Source of the DNA: an uncultured Acidobacteriota bacterium | GTDB taxonomy: Bacteria; Acidobacteriota; Terriglobia; Acidiferrales; UBA7541 | NCBI GenBank assembly: GCA_963823145.1 | Contig: CAWGJZ010000002.1 | Location: 1,306,462 to 1,370,461 of the forward strand | Length of the DNA stretch: 64,000 bases | Reading direction: 5' to 3' | Part shown: in pieces, positions 56,398 to 64,000 of the stretch | Numbering within the stretch: the first letter of the stretch is position 1 | Layout: every line of letters begins with the position of its first letter | The notes under the pieces: model-generated | Databases searched by the model: none | What the model saw: only the letters and a program-made list of their open reading frames with translations | What the model was told of the DNA's origin: nothing | Program-made: the position numbers and the translations under genes

Positions 56398-57648
56398 ATG
56401 CAACATTCCAGGCTGGCCGCACGTCGCGAGTTTCTGAGGTTTTTGGCAGCGAGTCCTTACGTCGCCGCGCTTGGCGGAGTTGCGGCATTCCTCGAGCGAA
56501 GTGCATTCGCGCAGAATCCCGCAGAAGTTTCCGACGTCATTTCGAATCCTGCGCAAGCCCTCGATGTGATGGATTTCGAGGAAGCGGCGCGCCGCAAAAT
56601 CCAGCCCGGCCATTGGGCGTACATGGCGAGCGGTGTGGACGATGATGCGACGCTGCATGCCAACCATGAAGCGTACAAGCACGTGGAGTTGCGACCGCGT
56701 CGGCTGCGGGACGCCACCAAGGTGGACATGCGTGTGGAGCTGTTCGGGGAGGCTTTCAGCAGTCCGATTTTTCTGTGCCCGGTTGGCGGGGAAGCGGCGT
56801 TTTTTCCGGAGGGCGAATTGGCGGCGGCGCGAGCGGCCAAAGCGCACGGCACGATGCAAATACTCTCCACGGTGACCACGACGCCCGTTGAGGATGTGAA
56901 CAAAGCGCTGGGCCGGCCGACGTGGTATCAACTCTACGCGCCGAATTCCTGGGCGGCCTGCCAAGCAATTCTGAAGCGCGTGGAAGCTGCCGGCTGTCCG
57001 GTGGTCGCGCTCACGGTGGATAACACGACGGGGCGCAACAGCGAGACCTATCTCCGCGCGCGCCGGAAGTACGCGAGCCAATGCGTGGCTTGCCACCAAG
57101 GTGAGCCCGGCAGAGACACGAAATTTCCGATGTTCGACGGCATCAACATGACTGGCGTGAGCGTGACGAATCCTGGGATGGATTGGGCGTTTGTCGATCG
57201 GCTGCGCAAATTCTGGAAGCGAAAGCTGATGATCAAGGGCATCGACACGCGCGAGGATGCGCGGCTGTGCGTCGAGCATGGCATTGACGGCATTTTGGTT
57301 TCGAATCACGGCGGACGCTCGACCGAAACGGGGCGCGCGACCATCGAGGCGCTGCCCGAGGTTGTGGCCGAGGTCGGCAATCGGATTCCGGTGTACGTGG
57401 ATGGCGGCGTGCGACGGGGAACCGACGCTTTCAAGGCGCTTGCGCTGGGTGCGAAGGCTGTGGGGATCGGGCGGCCTTTTTTGTGGGGGATGGGAGCGTT
57501 CGGCGAGGCGGGCGTGGAGCGCGTGATTGAAATCCTGCATGGCGAATTGAAGCTGGCGATGGGGAATTGCGGCACGCGCACGGTTGGCGAGATTACGCGC
57601 GAGTATGTGGTCACGCCCGATTGGAGAACGAAAACCCTCGCCCCGTAG
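56398..57648 (+). CDS. FMN-dependent alpha-hydroxy-acid dehydrogenase/oxidase family protein with twin-arginine signal
   Basis: Tat-like MQHSRLAARREFLRFLAASPYVAALGG...AFAQ, then a glycolate-oxidase/lactate-dehydrogenase TIM barrel (SNHGGR, DGGVRRGTD). Start set to ATG 56398. Confidence 0.88.
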   Translation: MQHSRLAARREFLRFLAASPYVAALGGVAAFLERSAFAQNPAEVSDVISNPAQALDVMDFEEAARRKIQPGHWAYMASGVDDDATLHANHEAYKHVELRPRRLRDATKVDMRVELFGEAFSSPIFLCPVGGEAAFFPEGELAAARAAKAHGTMQILSTVTTTPVEDVNKALGRPTWYQLYAPNSWAACQAILKRVEAAGCPVVALTVDNTTGRNSETYLRARRKYASQCVACHQGEPGRDTKFPMFDGINMTGVSVTNPGMDWAFVDRLRKFWKRKLMIKGIDTREDARLCVEHGIDGILVSNHGGRSTETGRATIEALPEVVAEVGNRIPVYVDGGVRRGTDAFKALALGAKAVGIGRPFLWGMGAFGEAGVERVIEILHGELKLAMGNCGTRTVGEITREYVVTPDWRTKTLAP

Positions 57649-57735
57649 GGCGGGGTGAGCGGTGAGGGGTCGGGCTGGATTGTCTCGGTGCAGGGGCGTG
57701 GTGCGCGTGTTTGTGCTTTGCGGTATGCTTTCGTG

Positions 57736-57942
57736 ATGGAGCGGCGCTGCCCTGTCTGCAACAAGCTTTCAGATTCCGAGAGGAACGCGGATTTCCCGTT
57801 CTGCAGCGAGCGTTGCCGTCTGCTGGATTTGGGAAACTGGGCGAGCGAGAAGTATGTGATCAGCGAGCCGGCGTTTGACGAATCGATGTTCGAGGATCTG
57901 GAACGCGATTTGTCATCATCCGAGGCGGATGGTGACGAATGA
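57736..57942 (+). CDS. yacG: DNA gyrase inhibitor YacG (zinc-binding)
   Basis: CPVCNK...PFCSERCRLLDLGNW is the YacG signature. Start set to ATG 57736. Confidence 0.85.
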   Translation: MERRCPVCNKLSDSERNADFPFCSERCRLLDLGNWASEKYVISEPAFDESMFEDLERDLSSSEADGDE

Positions 57943-58526
57943 GGGCGGGCGCCGATTCGGAAATTTCCACGGTGCCTGAGCCGCAGCCCAAATCACCGCC
58001 GACGGCTGGGCGCAAGCCCCGCTTAGCGCTTTTTGTAGCAACGGCATGTGGACTTGGCTATCTTCCGAAGGCGCCTGGGACGTGGGGTTCTCTTGCAGGC
58101 GTCCTGATTTACTATCTCATTCAGTTTTTTTTACCGTTGAACAGCGCAACAGGCGGGCTGTTGGGATGGGGCGCCCGTGCCGCCTGGACCTCAATGACGG
58201 TGCTGCCGATTGCGATTTTGATAGCGGTGGTTGGCGTATTGACTGCAAATTCTGTTGAAAGATATTCCCGGACGGAAGACCCACAATTTGTGGTTATTGA
58301 CGAGGTTTCCGGGCAGTTGTTCGCATACATGTTCGCCATTGTCCCCGCCAACTGGAAATATTTAGTGCTGGGTTTTATACTTTTTAGAGTGTTTGATATT
58401 TGGAAGCCGTTCCCGGCGCGGCAGGCGGAATCGCTGCCGGGCGGCTGGGGAATCATGACGGATGATTGGGCCGCCGCGGTTTACGCGGGGATTGGATTAT
58501 GGATCGCGCGAGCGGCGGGGCTTTAG
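57939..58526 (+). CDS. pgpA: phosphatidylglycerophosphatase A
   Basis: LGYLPKAPGTWGS, VVIDEVSGQ and FRVFDIWKPFP are PgpA motifs. ATGA overlap with yacG. Confidence 0.9.
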   Translation: MRAGADSEISTVPEPQPKSPPTAGRKPRLALFVATACGLGYLPKAPGTWGSLAGVLIYYLIQFFLPLNSATGGLLGWGARAAWTSMTVLPIAILIAVVGVLTANSVERYSRTEDPQFVVIDEVSGQLFAYMFAIVPANWKYLVLGFILFRVFDIWKPFPARQAESLPGGWGIMTDDWAAAVYAGIGLWIARAAGL

Positions 58527-58593
58527 CAAGGAAGCAGATCGTTCTATTTGGCAACACTGAAGAGAGATCCCTCGACGGAGTAGCGAATCGCTG

Positions 58594-59619
58594 ATGAAAA
58601 TGAACGGGGTTCCGAGAATCGAGCGAGTGAAACCGGGGGCGGCGCTACCGGGCGGAGAAGTGTCGATTCACGGCGTTGGATTCAATACGCGAAACCACAC
58701 CCGGCCCCAAGTGCAGTTCGGTACGTGTGATGCGACCGTGATGATGGCGGCGGACGATCATCTGATCGCGGCCGTGCCCGAGGGGGCAACGGGCGGAGCG
58801 GTGCGAGTGCGAATGGGCAGCGTGGAGAGCGCGCCTTTCCCAATTTCACTGGGGACGCAGATTGCGGACAATCTGCATCCAGTGGGGAATCCGGCGGTCG
58901 ATTCGGAAGGAAACATTTACGTCACCTTCAGCGGACAGCGCGGGCAGAAGGTGCCCGTGTCACTCTACAAAATCACATCGAATCATGTGGTGAAGCCGTT
59001 CATCACGGAACTGATGAATCCAACCGGATTGGCCATCGACCGCGACGGCCATCTTTTTGTTTCCTGCCGCCATGAGGGCACCATCCATCGCGTATCGCCG
59101 GACGGGCGCTCGATGCAGTGGATTGAAGGCATGGGTACGGCGACGGGAATCGCGTTCGATAAAGCGGGAAGCCTTTACGTGGGAGATCGCAGCGGAACGA
59201 TTTTCAAAATTGGACCGGACCGCGAGATTTTTGTTTTTGCAACGCTGGAACCTTCGCTTTCGGCGTATCACCTGGCGTTCAGCCCGGCGGGAGAGCTTTT
59301 CGTGACCGGCCCGACCACATCGAGCTTCGAGCGCGTGTACCGGATTTCTCCAGCGGGCGAGGTGAGCGTATTTTTCCGCGGCTTGGGCCGCCCGCAGGGG
59401 CTGGCATTCGATCGCCAGGGGAATCTCTATGTCGCGGCATCGCTGGGCGGCAAACGCGGGGTCGTCCGGCTAACGCCGCAAGCGAAAGCTGAGGTGGTAC
59501 TTGGCGGCAGCAATATCGTCGGGCTAGCGCTGTTGCCCACGCATCGCGCCGTGATCGCCACGAATAGTGCGCTGTTTACCCTCGACTGGGATGTCGAGGG
59601 ACTGCCTCTGAACGGCTAA
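58594..59619 (+). CDS. IPT/TIG domain plus six-bladed beta-propeller (NHL/SMP-30-like) protein
   Basis: N-terminal IPT-like segment (PRIERVKPGAALPGGEVSIHGVGF...) followed by repeats of the type G(I/L)A(F/I)D..G.L(Y/F)V. Confidence 0.75.
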   Translation: MKMNGVPRIERVKPGAALPGGEVSIHGVGFNTRNHTRPQVQFGTCDATVMMAADDHLIAAVPEGATGGAVRVRMGSVESAPFPISLGTQIADNLHPVGNPAVDSEGNIYVTFSGQRGQKVPVSLYKITSNHVVKPFITELMNPTGLAIDRDGHLFVSCRHEGTIHRVSPDGRSMQWIEGMGTATGIAFDKAGSLYVGDRSGTIFKIGPDREIFVFATLEPSLSAYHLAFSPAGELFVTGPTTSSFERVYRISPAGEVSVFFRGLGRPQGLAFDRQGNLYVAASLGGKRGVVRLTPQAKAEVVLGGSNIVGLALLPTHRAVIATNSALFTLDWDVEGLPLNG

Positions 59620-59648
59620 GTGGCCTCAGCAAATTCGAACATACCTGC

Positions 59649-59873
59649 CTATTTAGACGACGGCTTGTCCTCAAATTGAGTGGCGGCGGGTTCGAAAATC
59701 GCCTCGATGGGCCGCCGGAAGAGTTCGGCGATGCGAAAGGCAAGTGGCAAACTCGGATCATATTTGCCGGTCTCGATAGCATTCACCGTCTGGCGAGATA
59801 CTCTGAGTCGCGCTGCCACTTCCGCCTGGGACCATTCATGCTCAGCGCGAAGAACCCGAAGGCGGTTTTTCAT
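59649..59873 (-). CDS. XRE-family helix-turn-helix transcriptional regulator
   Basis: 74 aa. LRVLRAEHEWSQAEVAARLRVSRQTVNAIETGKYDPSLPLAFRIAELF is the classic short Cro/C1 HTH. Confidence 0.9.
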   Translation of the reverse strand: MKNRLRVLRAEHEWSQAEVAARLRVSRQTVNAIETGKYDPSLPLAFRIAELFRRPIEAIFEPAATQFEDKPSSK

Positions 59874-59879
59874 CGGGTG

Positions 59880-60413
59880 CTAACTCGCGCGATACGCTTC
59901 GAGCGCTTGCGGGCGGCTAACTAACTGAGCCAGTTGCTCTGTTGTGGCGTTGCCGACGAGTCGGTACTGGCCAGCTTCCACTACCGGAACCGACCGAATT
60001 CCTTTTCTCGCCGATATCCGCGCTTTGAGAGTAAGATCGACTGTTGTGAGCGTAAAATCCATCTCTTTTTGCAACGCTTTCAGACGGCTTTCCACGATCG
60101 GGCAGAAAGGGCAGCCCAAAAGGGAATAGAATTTGACCTCGATGCGGGCCTTCTTCATGTTCGCCGGTAGCTTATCGTCGACGCTCCCATAGCCCCTCCA
60201 TTTCGATATGCGCGGGAAGAACCGCAGATATGCCCATTTTAGGCAAGGCAGCAGAATCGACCACAAGAGCAGGGCCGTCCAATTGGCTCGATAGGCGAAG
60301 AAAACCAAACCAATCAAGTAGCCAGTCGCGAACATCGCCCCCGAAACGTAGAGGCTCAGAACCGTGCACTCTTGTTTCGCGGCAGTTTTTGGATCGTGAG
60401 CGACGTTTTTCAT
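59880..60413 (-). CDS. membrane-anchored glutaredoxin/thioredoxin-like protein (CPFC motif)
   Basis: Two N-terminal TM helices, then a Grx-like domain (VKFYSLLGCPFCPIVESRLKAL...RSVPVVE). Start set to ATG 60413, which overlaps the upstream stop (ATGA). Confidence 0.8.
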   Translation of the reverse strand: MKNVAHDPKTAAKQECTVLSLYVSGAMFATGYLIGLVFFAYRANWTALLLWSILLPCLKWAYLRFFPRISKWRGYGSVDDKLPANMKKARIEVKFYSLLGCPFCPIVESRLKALQKEMDFTLTTVDLTLKARISARKGIRSVPVVEAGQYRLVGNATTEQLAQLVSRPQALEAYRAS

Positions 60414-60817
60414 CTGTATCTCCACGCGGAGAAAAAGTAGGCGAGCAACAGCAGAAACATGAAGGGACCCCCAACATCACTCCAAGTCGCGTGATAGATT
60501 CCAGCGCGTTCTAATCCGGAGAAAACCAGAACGAGAATGGCGGTCGGCACGAACGCGATGGCCAAGGCTTGCAGCTGGATTCGCTGCTGGAACTCATCCG
60601 ACTTTAAGACCGCCCAGACGAACGCCACGGTAACGCAAATCCACATGAGGGCCGGCAAGAAGGCAACAATTGGTCGGGTCCGAGAACTGAGTCCTCTGTA
60701 CTTGAATACCCAATCTACGGCGAGCTCAGTTGCAAAGGCAACCGTCCACCACAGGAACATGGGTCTCCGCAAACGGGAGAGCCAGCTGCAATCCGCCGTC
60801 ATAATGGCAGCCTCCAA
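60410..60817 (-). CDS. 4-TM hypothetical membrane protein
   Basis: 135 aa with four hydrophobic helices. It is the first gene of a three-gene minus-strand operon. Confidence 0.65.
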   Translation of the reverse strand: MEAAIMTADCSWLSRLRRPMFLWWTVAFATELAVDWVFKYRGLSSRTRPIVAFLPALMWICVTVAFVWAVLKSDEFQQRIQLQALAIAFVPTAILVLVFSGLERAGIYHATWSDVGGPFMFLLLLAYFFSAWRYR

Positions 60818-60850
60818 TCAAGAGGCATTGTAAATGTTACTTGTCTATAT

Positions 60851-60866
60851 GTCAAGTATACTTGAC
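60851..60866. promoter_or_regulatory. perfect 16-bp palindrome GTCAAGTATACTTGAC (candidate operator)
   Basis: Lies 34 bp upstream of the start of the membrane/Trx-like/XRE operon, in an AT-rich promoter-like stretch (TTACTTGTCTATATGTCAAGTATACTTGACTTAA). Confidence 0.5.
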
Positions 60867-61022
60867 TTAACAAACGGCCGATTCCCTGGGCTTCTTCGAT
60901 GCAAGGCTCGTTTTTCTAGCGCGGTCGTCGATTCGTAGAGGAGAGGCAACGTAACTTTCGGCACTGTTCGCTTCCGCGCTGCCTTGCACTTTGTAGCAGT
61001 CATCGAGTAAAACTCTTAGACA

Positions 61023-62270
61023 ATGAATGCGGAGATTATCGCGATCGGTTCGGAACTGCTGACGCCCTACCGTTTGGATACCAATTCACTTTTCATTACG
61101 AATGAACTGAATCAGGTGGGCGTCCGCGTGGTGCATAAGGCGGTGGTGGGAGACGCGCCGGGCGAAATGCTGTCGTCCTTCCGGCACGCGCTCGATAGAG
61201 CCGATGTTGTGGTGTCGTGTGGCGGACTGGGACCGACGGACGACGATCGCACGCGGCAGACTGTGTCGGAACTGCTGGGGCGCAAGCTGTTGCGAAACGA
61301 AGAGGTGCTGCAAAAACTGCAGGAGCGATTTCGGCGATTCGGACGCACCATGCCGGATATCAACACCAGGCAGGCTCTGGTGATCGAAGGTGCAACAGTG
61401 ATGCCCAATCCGCGCGGCACCGCGCCGGGACAATGGATTGAAGCGAAAGGCCACATTTTAATTCTGCTTCCCGGGGTGCCAAGCGAAATGCGCGCGCTGA
61501 TGGAAACCGAGGTCAAGCCGCGGTTGGCGAAACTGGGGATCAAGGAGCGGCGTTACGCGCGGGACCTCCGCATAGTCGGTTTGTTTGAGTCGGAGGTGGA
61601 GCAGCGCGTCTCCCCGCTCTACGCGCAGTATCCTGATACGGACACGACCATTCTGGCCACATCGGGCGGCATCCAGCTCCATCCGAGTATCTGGTCCGAC
61701 GACCCCGCAGGCGCCCAGGGACGTCTAGACGAACTGGTGGGGCGCATGGCGCTCGTACTCGGCGAGAATTTAGTTTCCACGTGCGGTGAAATGATTGAAG
61801 ACATTGTGGGGCGCCTGCTGATGGAGAATCGAGCAACGATTGCCGTCGCGGAAAGCTGCACCGGAGGATTGTTGGCCGAACGGCTCACCAATCTTCCAGG
61901 TAGCTCGGCATATTTCCTGGGCGGGATTGTCTGCTACAGCAATGATTTGAAGACGAGACTGGTGGGCGTGCCGGCGGAGATGATCGAAGCGAAGGGGGCC
62001 GTGAGCTCGGAAGTGGCGCTGGCGCTGGCCGAAGGCGTTCGCAAGTTCACGGGCGCAACGTTGGGCATCGGAATCACGGGCGTCGCGGGTCCCAGCGGCG
62101 GCACTCCTGAGAAGCCGGTTGGGCTGGTGCATATTGGGATCGCGGATGAACGCGGGCCGCGCGAAAAGAGTTTTCAATTCCTCGGCGACCGGGAGCGCAT
62201 TCGATTCTTCGCCACGCAGAATGCGTTGGATGCGGTGCGGCGATATTTTCTGTTCCCGCAGCGCGCATGA
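61023..62270 (+). CDS. cinA: CinA family protein (MoCF-like domain + nicotinamide-nucleotide amidase domain)
   Basis: MNAEIIAIGSELLTPYRLDTNS..., GGLGPTDDDRT, and C-terminal ESCTGGLLA. Confidence 0.92.
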   Translation: MNAEIIAIGSELLTPYRLDTNSLFITNELNQVGVRVVHKAVVGDAPGEMLSSFRHALDRADVVVSCGGLGPTDDDRTRQTVSELLGRKLLRNEEVLQKLQERFRRFGRTMPDINTRQALVIEGATVMPNPRGTAPGQWIEAKGHILILLPGVPSEMRALMETEVKPRLAKLGIKERRYARDLRIVGLFESEVEQRVSPLYAQYPDTDTTILATSGGIQLHPSIWSDDPAGAQGRLDELVGRMALVLGENLVSTCGEMIEDIVGRLLMENRATIAVAESCTGGLLAERLTNLPGSSAYFLGGIVCYSNDLKTRLVGVPAEMIEAKGAVSSEVALALAEGVRKFTGATLGIGITGVAGPSGGTPEKPVGLVHIGIADERGPREKSFQFLGDRERIRFFATQNALDAVRRYFLFPQRA

Positions 62271-62314
62271 GAGCGCGCAGGCCGGCGGCCATTGAAGTGT
62301 TGGCGTAGAGAAAA

Positions 62315-62920
62315 ATGCGGCTCTTTGTGGCGCTTGATTTACCGGCTGACGTGAGGCGCGCGCTTGGCGAAGTGATCGCGAAACTGAAGCCGCTGAGCGC
62401 GGACGCCCGGTGGGTGCGGGCGGAAGCGATGCACGTTACACTGAAATTTATCGGGCATGCAATTCCGACTGGCGACGTGGAAAAGCTCGACGCGGTGTGC
62501 GCGGCGCTGGCGACGGTTTGCTCCGACCAGCCCGTGGAAATAAGTTTTCGCGGCGTGGGATTCTTTCCGGATGCTTCGCGCCCAAGAGTGATCTGGTCCG
62601 GAGTGCAAGGATCGAAAAATCTGGCGCCGCTGGCCGCTGACATTGAGAAGGTCCTCGAGCCGCTGGGGATTTTCGCCGAAGACCGCTCTTTCTTGCCTCA
62701 CCTGACCCTGGCGCGCTTCAAGCCGCCGCGCTCGGGCAAGAGTAGACGTTCGCATGCAGCAACCGGCGAAGCGTTGCGATCCGCCGCCGCGGAAATGGCG
62801 CAGAGAGATTTTGGCTCAACCCGCGAGACGGAATTTCATCTCTTTGAAAGCATCACGAAACCTTCCGGATCGGAATATCGGAAAATGGAGACCTATTCGT
62901 TCGTGAAGGGATCCGAGTGA
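62315..62920 (+). CDS. thpR: RNA 2',3'-cyclic phosphodiesterase (2H family, ThpR/LigT)
   Basis: MRLFVALDLP, with two HxT motifs (HVTLKF, HLTLAR). Confidence 0.88.
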   Translation: MRLFVALDLPADVRRALGEVIAKLKPLSADARWVRAEAMHVTLKFIGHAIPTGDVEKLDAVCAALATVCSDQPVEISFRGVGFFPDASRPRVIWSGVQGSKNLAPLAADIEKVLEPLGIFAEDRSFLPHLTLARFKPPRSGKSRRSHAATGEALRSAAAEMAQRDFGSTRETEFHLFESITKPSGSEYRKMETYSFVKGSE

Positions 62921-63528
62921 GCGTCTACTGGCTGCTTGTGGTTGCCGCGTATCTATTGGGGTCGATCCCCTTCGGGCTGCTGATCGTGAAGGCGCTGGGC
63001 GGCGATGACATACGCTTCGCAGGCAGCGGGAATATCGGCGCCGCAAACGTGGTGAGAAATGCGGGCTGGTTGGCTGGGTCGCTAACACTGCTCTTGGACG
63101 CGGGCAAAGGCTACCTTGCCGTGTGGCTGGCAGGCCATTACACGCATGGCAGCGGAAGGTGGTTGGTGGCTGCGGCGGTGGCGGCTGTTGCCGGCCATAT
63201 TTTCCCGGTGTGGTTGCGATTCAAGGGCGGCAAGGGAGTGGCGACCACTCTGGGAGCCTTTCTGCACGTTAGTGCCGGCGCGGTGGCCGCTGCGGGAGCT
63301 CTCTGGTTGCTGGTAGTCCTGTTTTGGCGTTACTCGTCACTGGGTTCCATTGTGGCAGCGGCGTCACTGCCTGCGCTGGTGTACGTGTTTTATGCGCCGC
63401 GGCACGCGCCGCCAACCTATATGGTGGCTGGCACGGCGGTCGTCTCGCTGCTAGTTCTCGCGAAGCATCAAGCCAACATAAAGCGCCTGATCGCCGGCAC
63501 TGAGAACCGGCTGGGTCCGCGCCGCTAG
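62917..63528 (+). CDS. plsY: glycerol-3-phosphate acyltransferase PlsY
   Basis: YLLGSIPFGLL...GSGNIGAANV...KGGKGVAT are PlsY motifs. GTG start overlaps the thpR stop. Confidence 0.92.
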   Translation: MSVYWLLVVAAYLLGSIPFGLLIVKALGGDDIRFAGSGNIGAANVVRNAGWLAGSLTLLLDAGKGYLAVWLAGHYTHGSGRWLVAAAVAAVAGHIFPVWLRFKGGKGVATTLGAFLHVSAGAVAAAGALWLLVVLFWRYSSLGSIVAAASLPALVYVFYAPRHAPPTYMVAGTAVVSLLVLAKHQANIKRLIAGTENRLGPRR

Positions 63529-63617
63529 CTAAAGGCGTGGCTTATACGGCACGCGCAGTACCATCGTTTGATTGTCCCCTCCCTCGGGCTCCGATAGCAT
63601 CGATAGCTGGTTGTTTC

Positions 63618-64000
63618 ATGTCCATCGAATCTCTAACGCACCTCTCGACGCGCCGCCTGCGAATCCTGTGGATCGTGCTGGGTGCGCTTCTGCTCGTCAG
63701 CATCACGCCGCTATGGCTCTATCATCGGCAGGCGCTCAAGCTGAGCGAGGATAAGCTGCAAGATACGGAGCGGGTGCAGCAGAGCGAGATCACGCGTTCC
63801 CTGGCGACTGAGACCCTGCAATTCGAACAGGGCTTGCGTGAGCAGCTGCTAAGCGAGCGTCAGCTTCTTGCGCTTACCGGCTGGATCGAGAACGTGGACG
63901 ATCCGAGCCACGCACCACAGCTTTCGCGGCTGCTGCAGGATTTCGCGGAGAACAATTCAAATATTCTGTACGTGACGGCGGTAGGGAAGCAGGCCAAGGG
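63618..64000 (+). CDS. membrane-anchored protein, 3' end beyond window (possibly a sensor protein)
   Basis: ATG 63618 opens a frame with no stop to the window end: MSIESLTHLSTRRLRILWIVLGALLLVSITPLWLYHRQ..., then a helical, Gln/Leu-rich segment. Function not assignable from this fragment. Confidence 0.55.
   Translation, partial: MSIESLTHLSTRRLRILWIVLGALLLVSITPLWLYHRQALKLSEDKLQDTERVQQSEITRSLATETLQFEQGLREQLLSERQLLALTGWIENVDDPSHAPQLSRLLQDFAENNSNILYVTAVGKQAK

Overview
GC-rich bacterial chromosomal segment, probably Acidobacteriota. The evidence for that is a TIGR03436-type VWFA-related protein, several families of short intergenic hairpin repeats, and GGAGG-type ribosome-binding sites. No rRNA, CRISPR array, IS element or prophage is visible. 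Most of the window is densely packed housekeeping and metabolism: gltBD, acs, two PQQ dehydrogenases, pdxR-pdxST, INO1, rimO, murJ, xerD, ybeY-corC, cinA, plsY and pgpA.

Two linked observations stand out.

(1) A complete selenocysteine-decoding cluster lies at 28214-32850: selC (tRNA-Sec, anticodon UCA), selD, selA and selB.

(2) A translationally coupled four-gene operon lies at 54508-56172.
- It starts with a MerR-type promoter/operator and a MerR-family regulator carrying a Cys80/Cys115/Cys130-131 pattern.
- Next comes a MerT-like 3-TM protein with a CC pair and a CxC pair.
- The last two genes are thioredoxin-fold genes that the ORF track splits at in-frame TGA codons.
- Reading through those codons restores U-x-x-C redox motifs: SPT-U-AVC in a membrane-anchored Trx-like protein, and YSQPG-U-MFC in a glutaredoxin-like protein.
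- Each UGA is followed about 10-15 nt later by a hairpin placed like a bacterial SECIS element.
- I read this as a candidate selenoprotein-based mer-like system (thiophilic-metal handling or a transmembrane redox relay) with no merA or merP. I cannot confirm its novelty without database searches.

Secondary observations:
- a secreted His/Asp-rich protein with 4 large modules and a 75-bp in-frame tandem repeat, next to a quinohemoprotein PQQ dehydrogenase carrying a D-Y-D motif
- a murJ whose conserved N-terminus has no canonical start codon
- an ABC transporter operon split by inserted genes
- several candidate operators

Many long ORFs in the track are antisense or alternate-frame artefacts of high GC content and were rejected.
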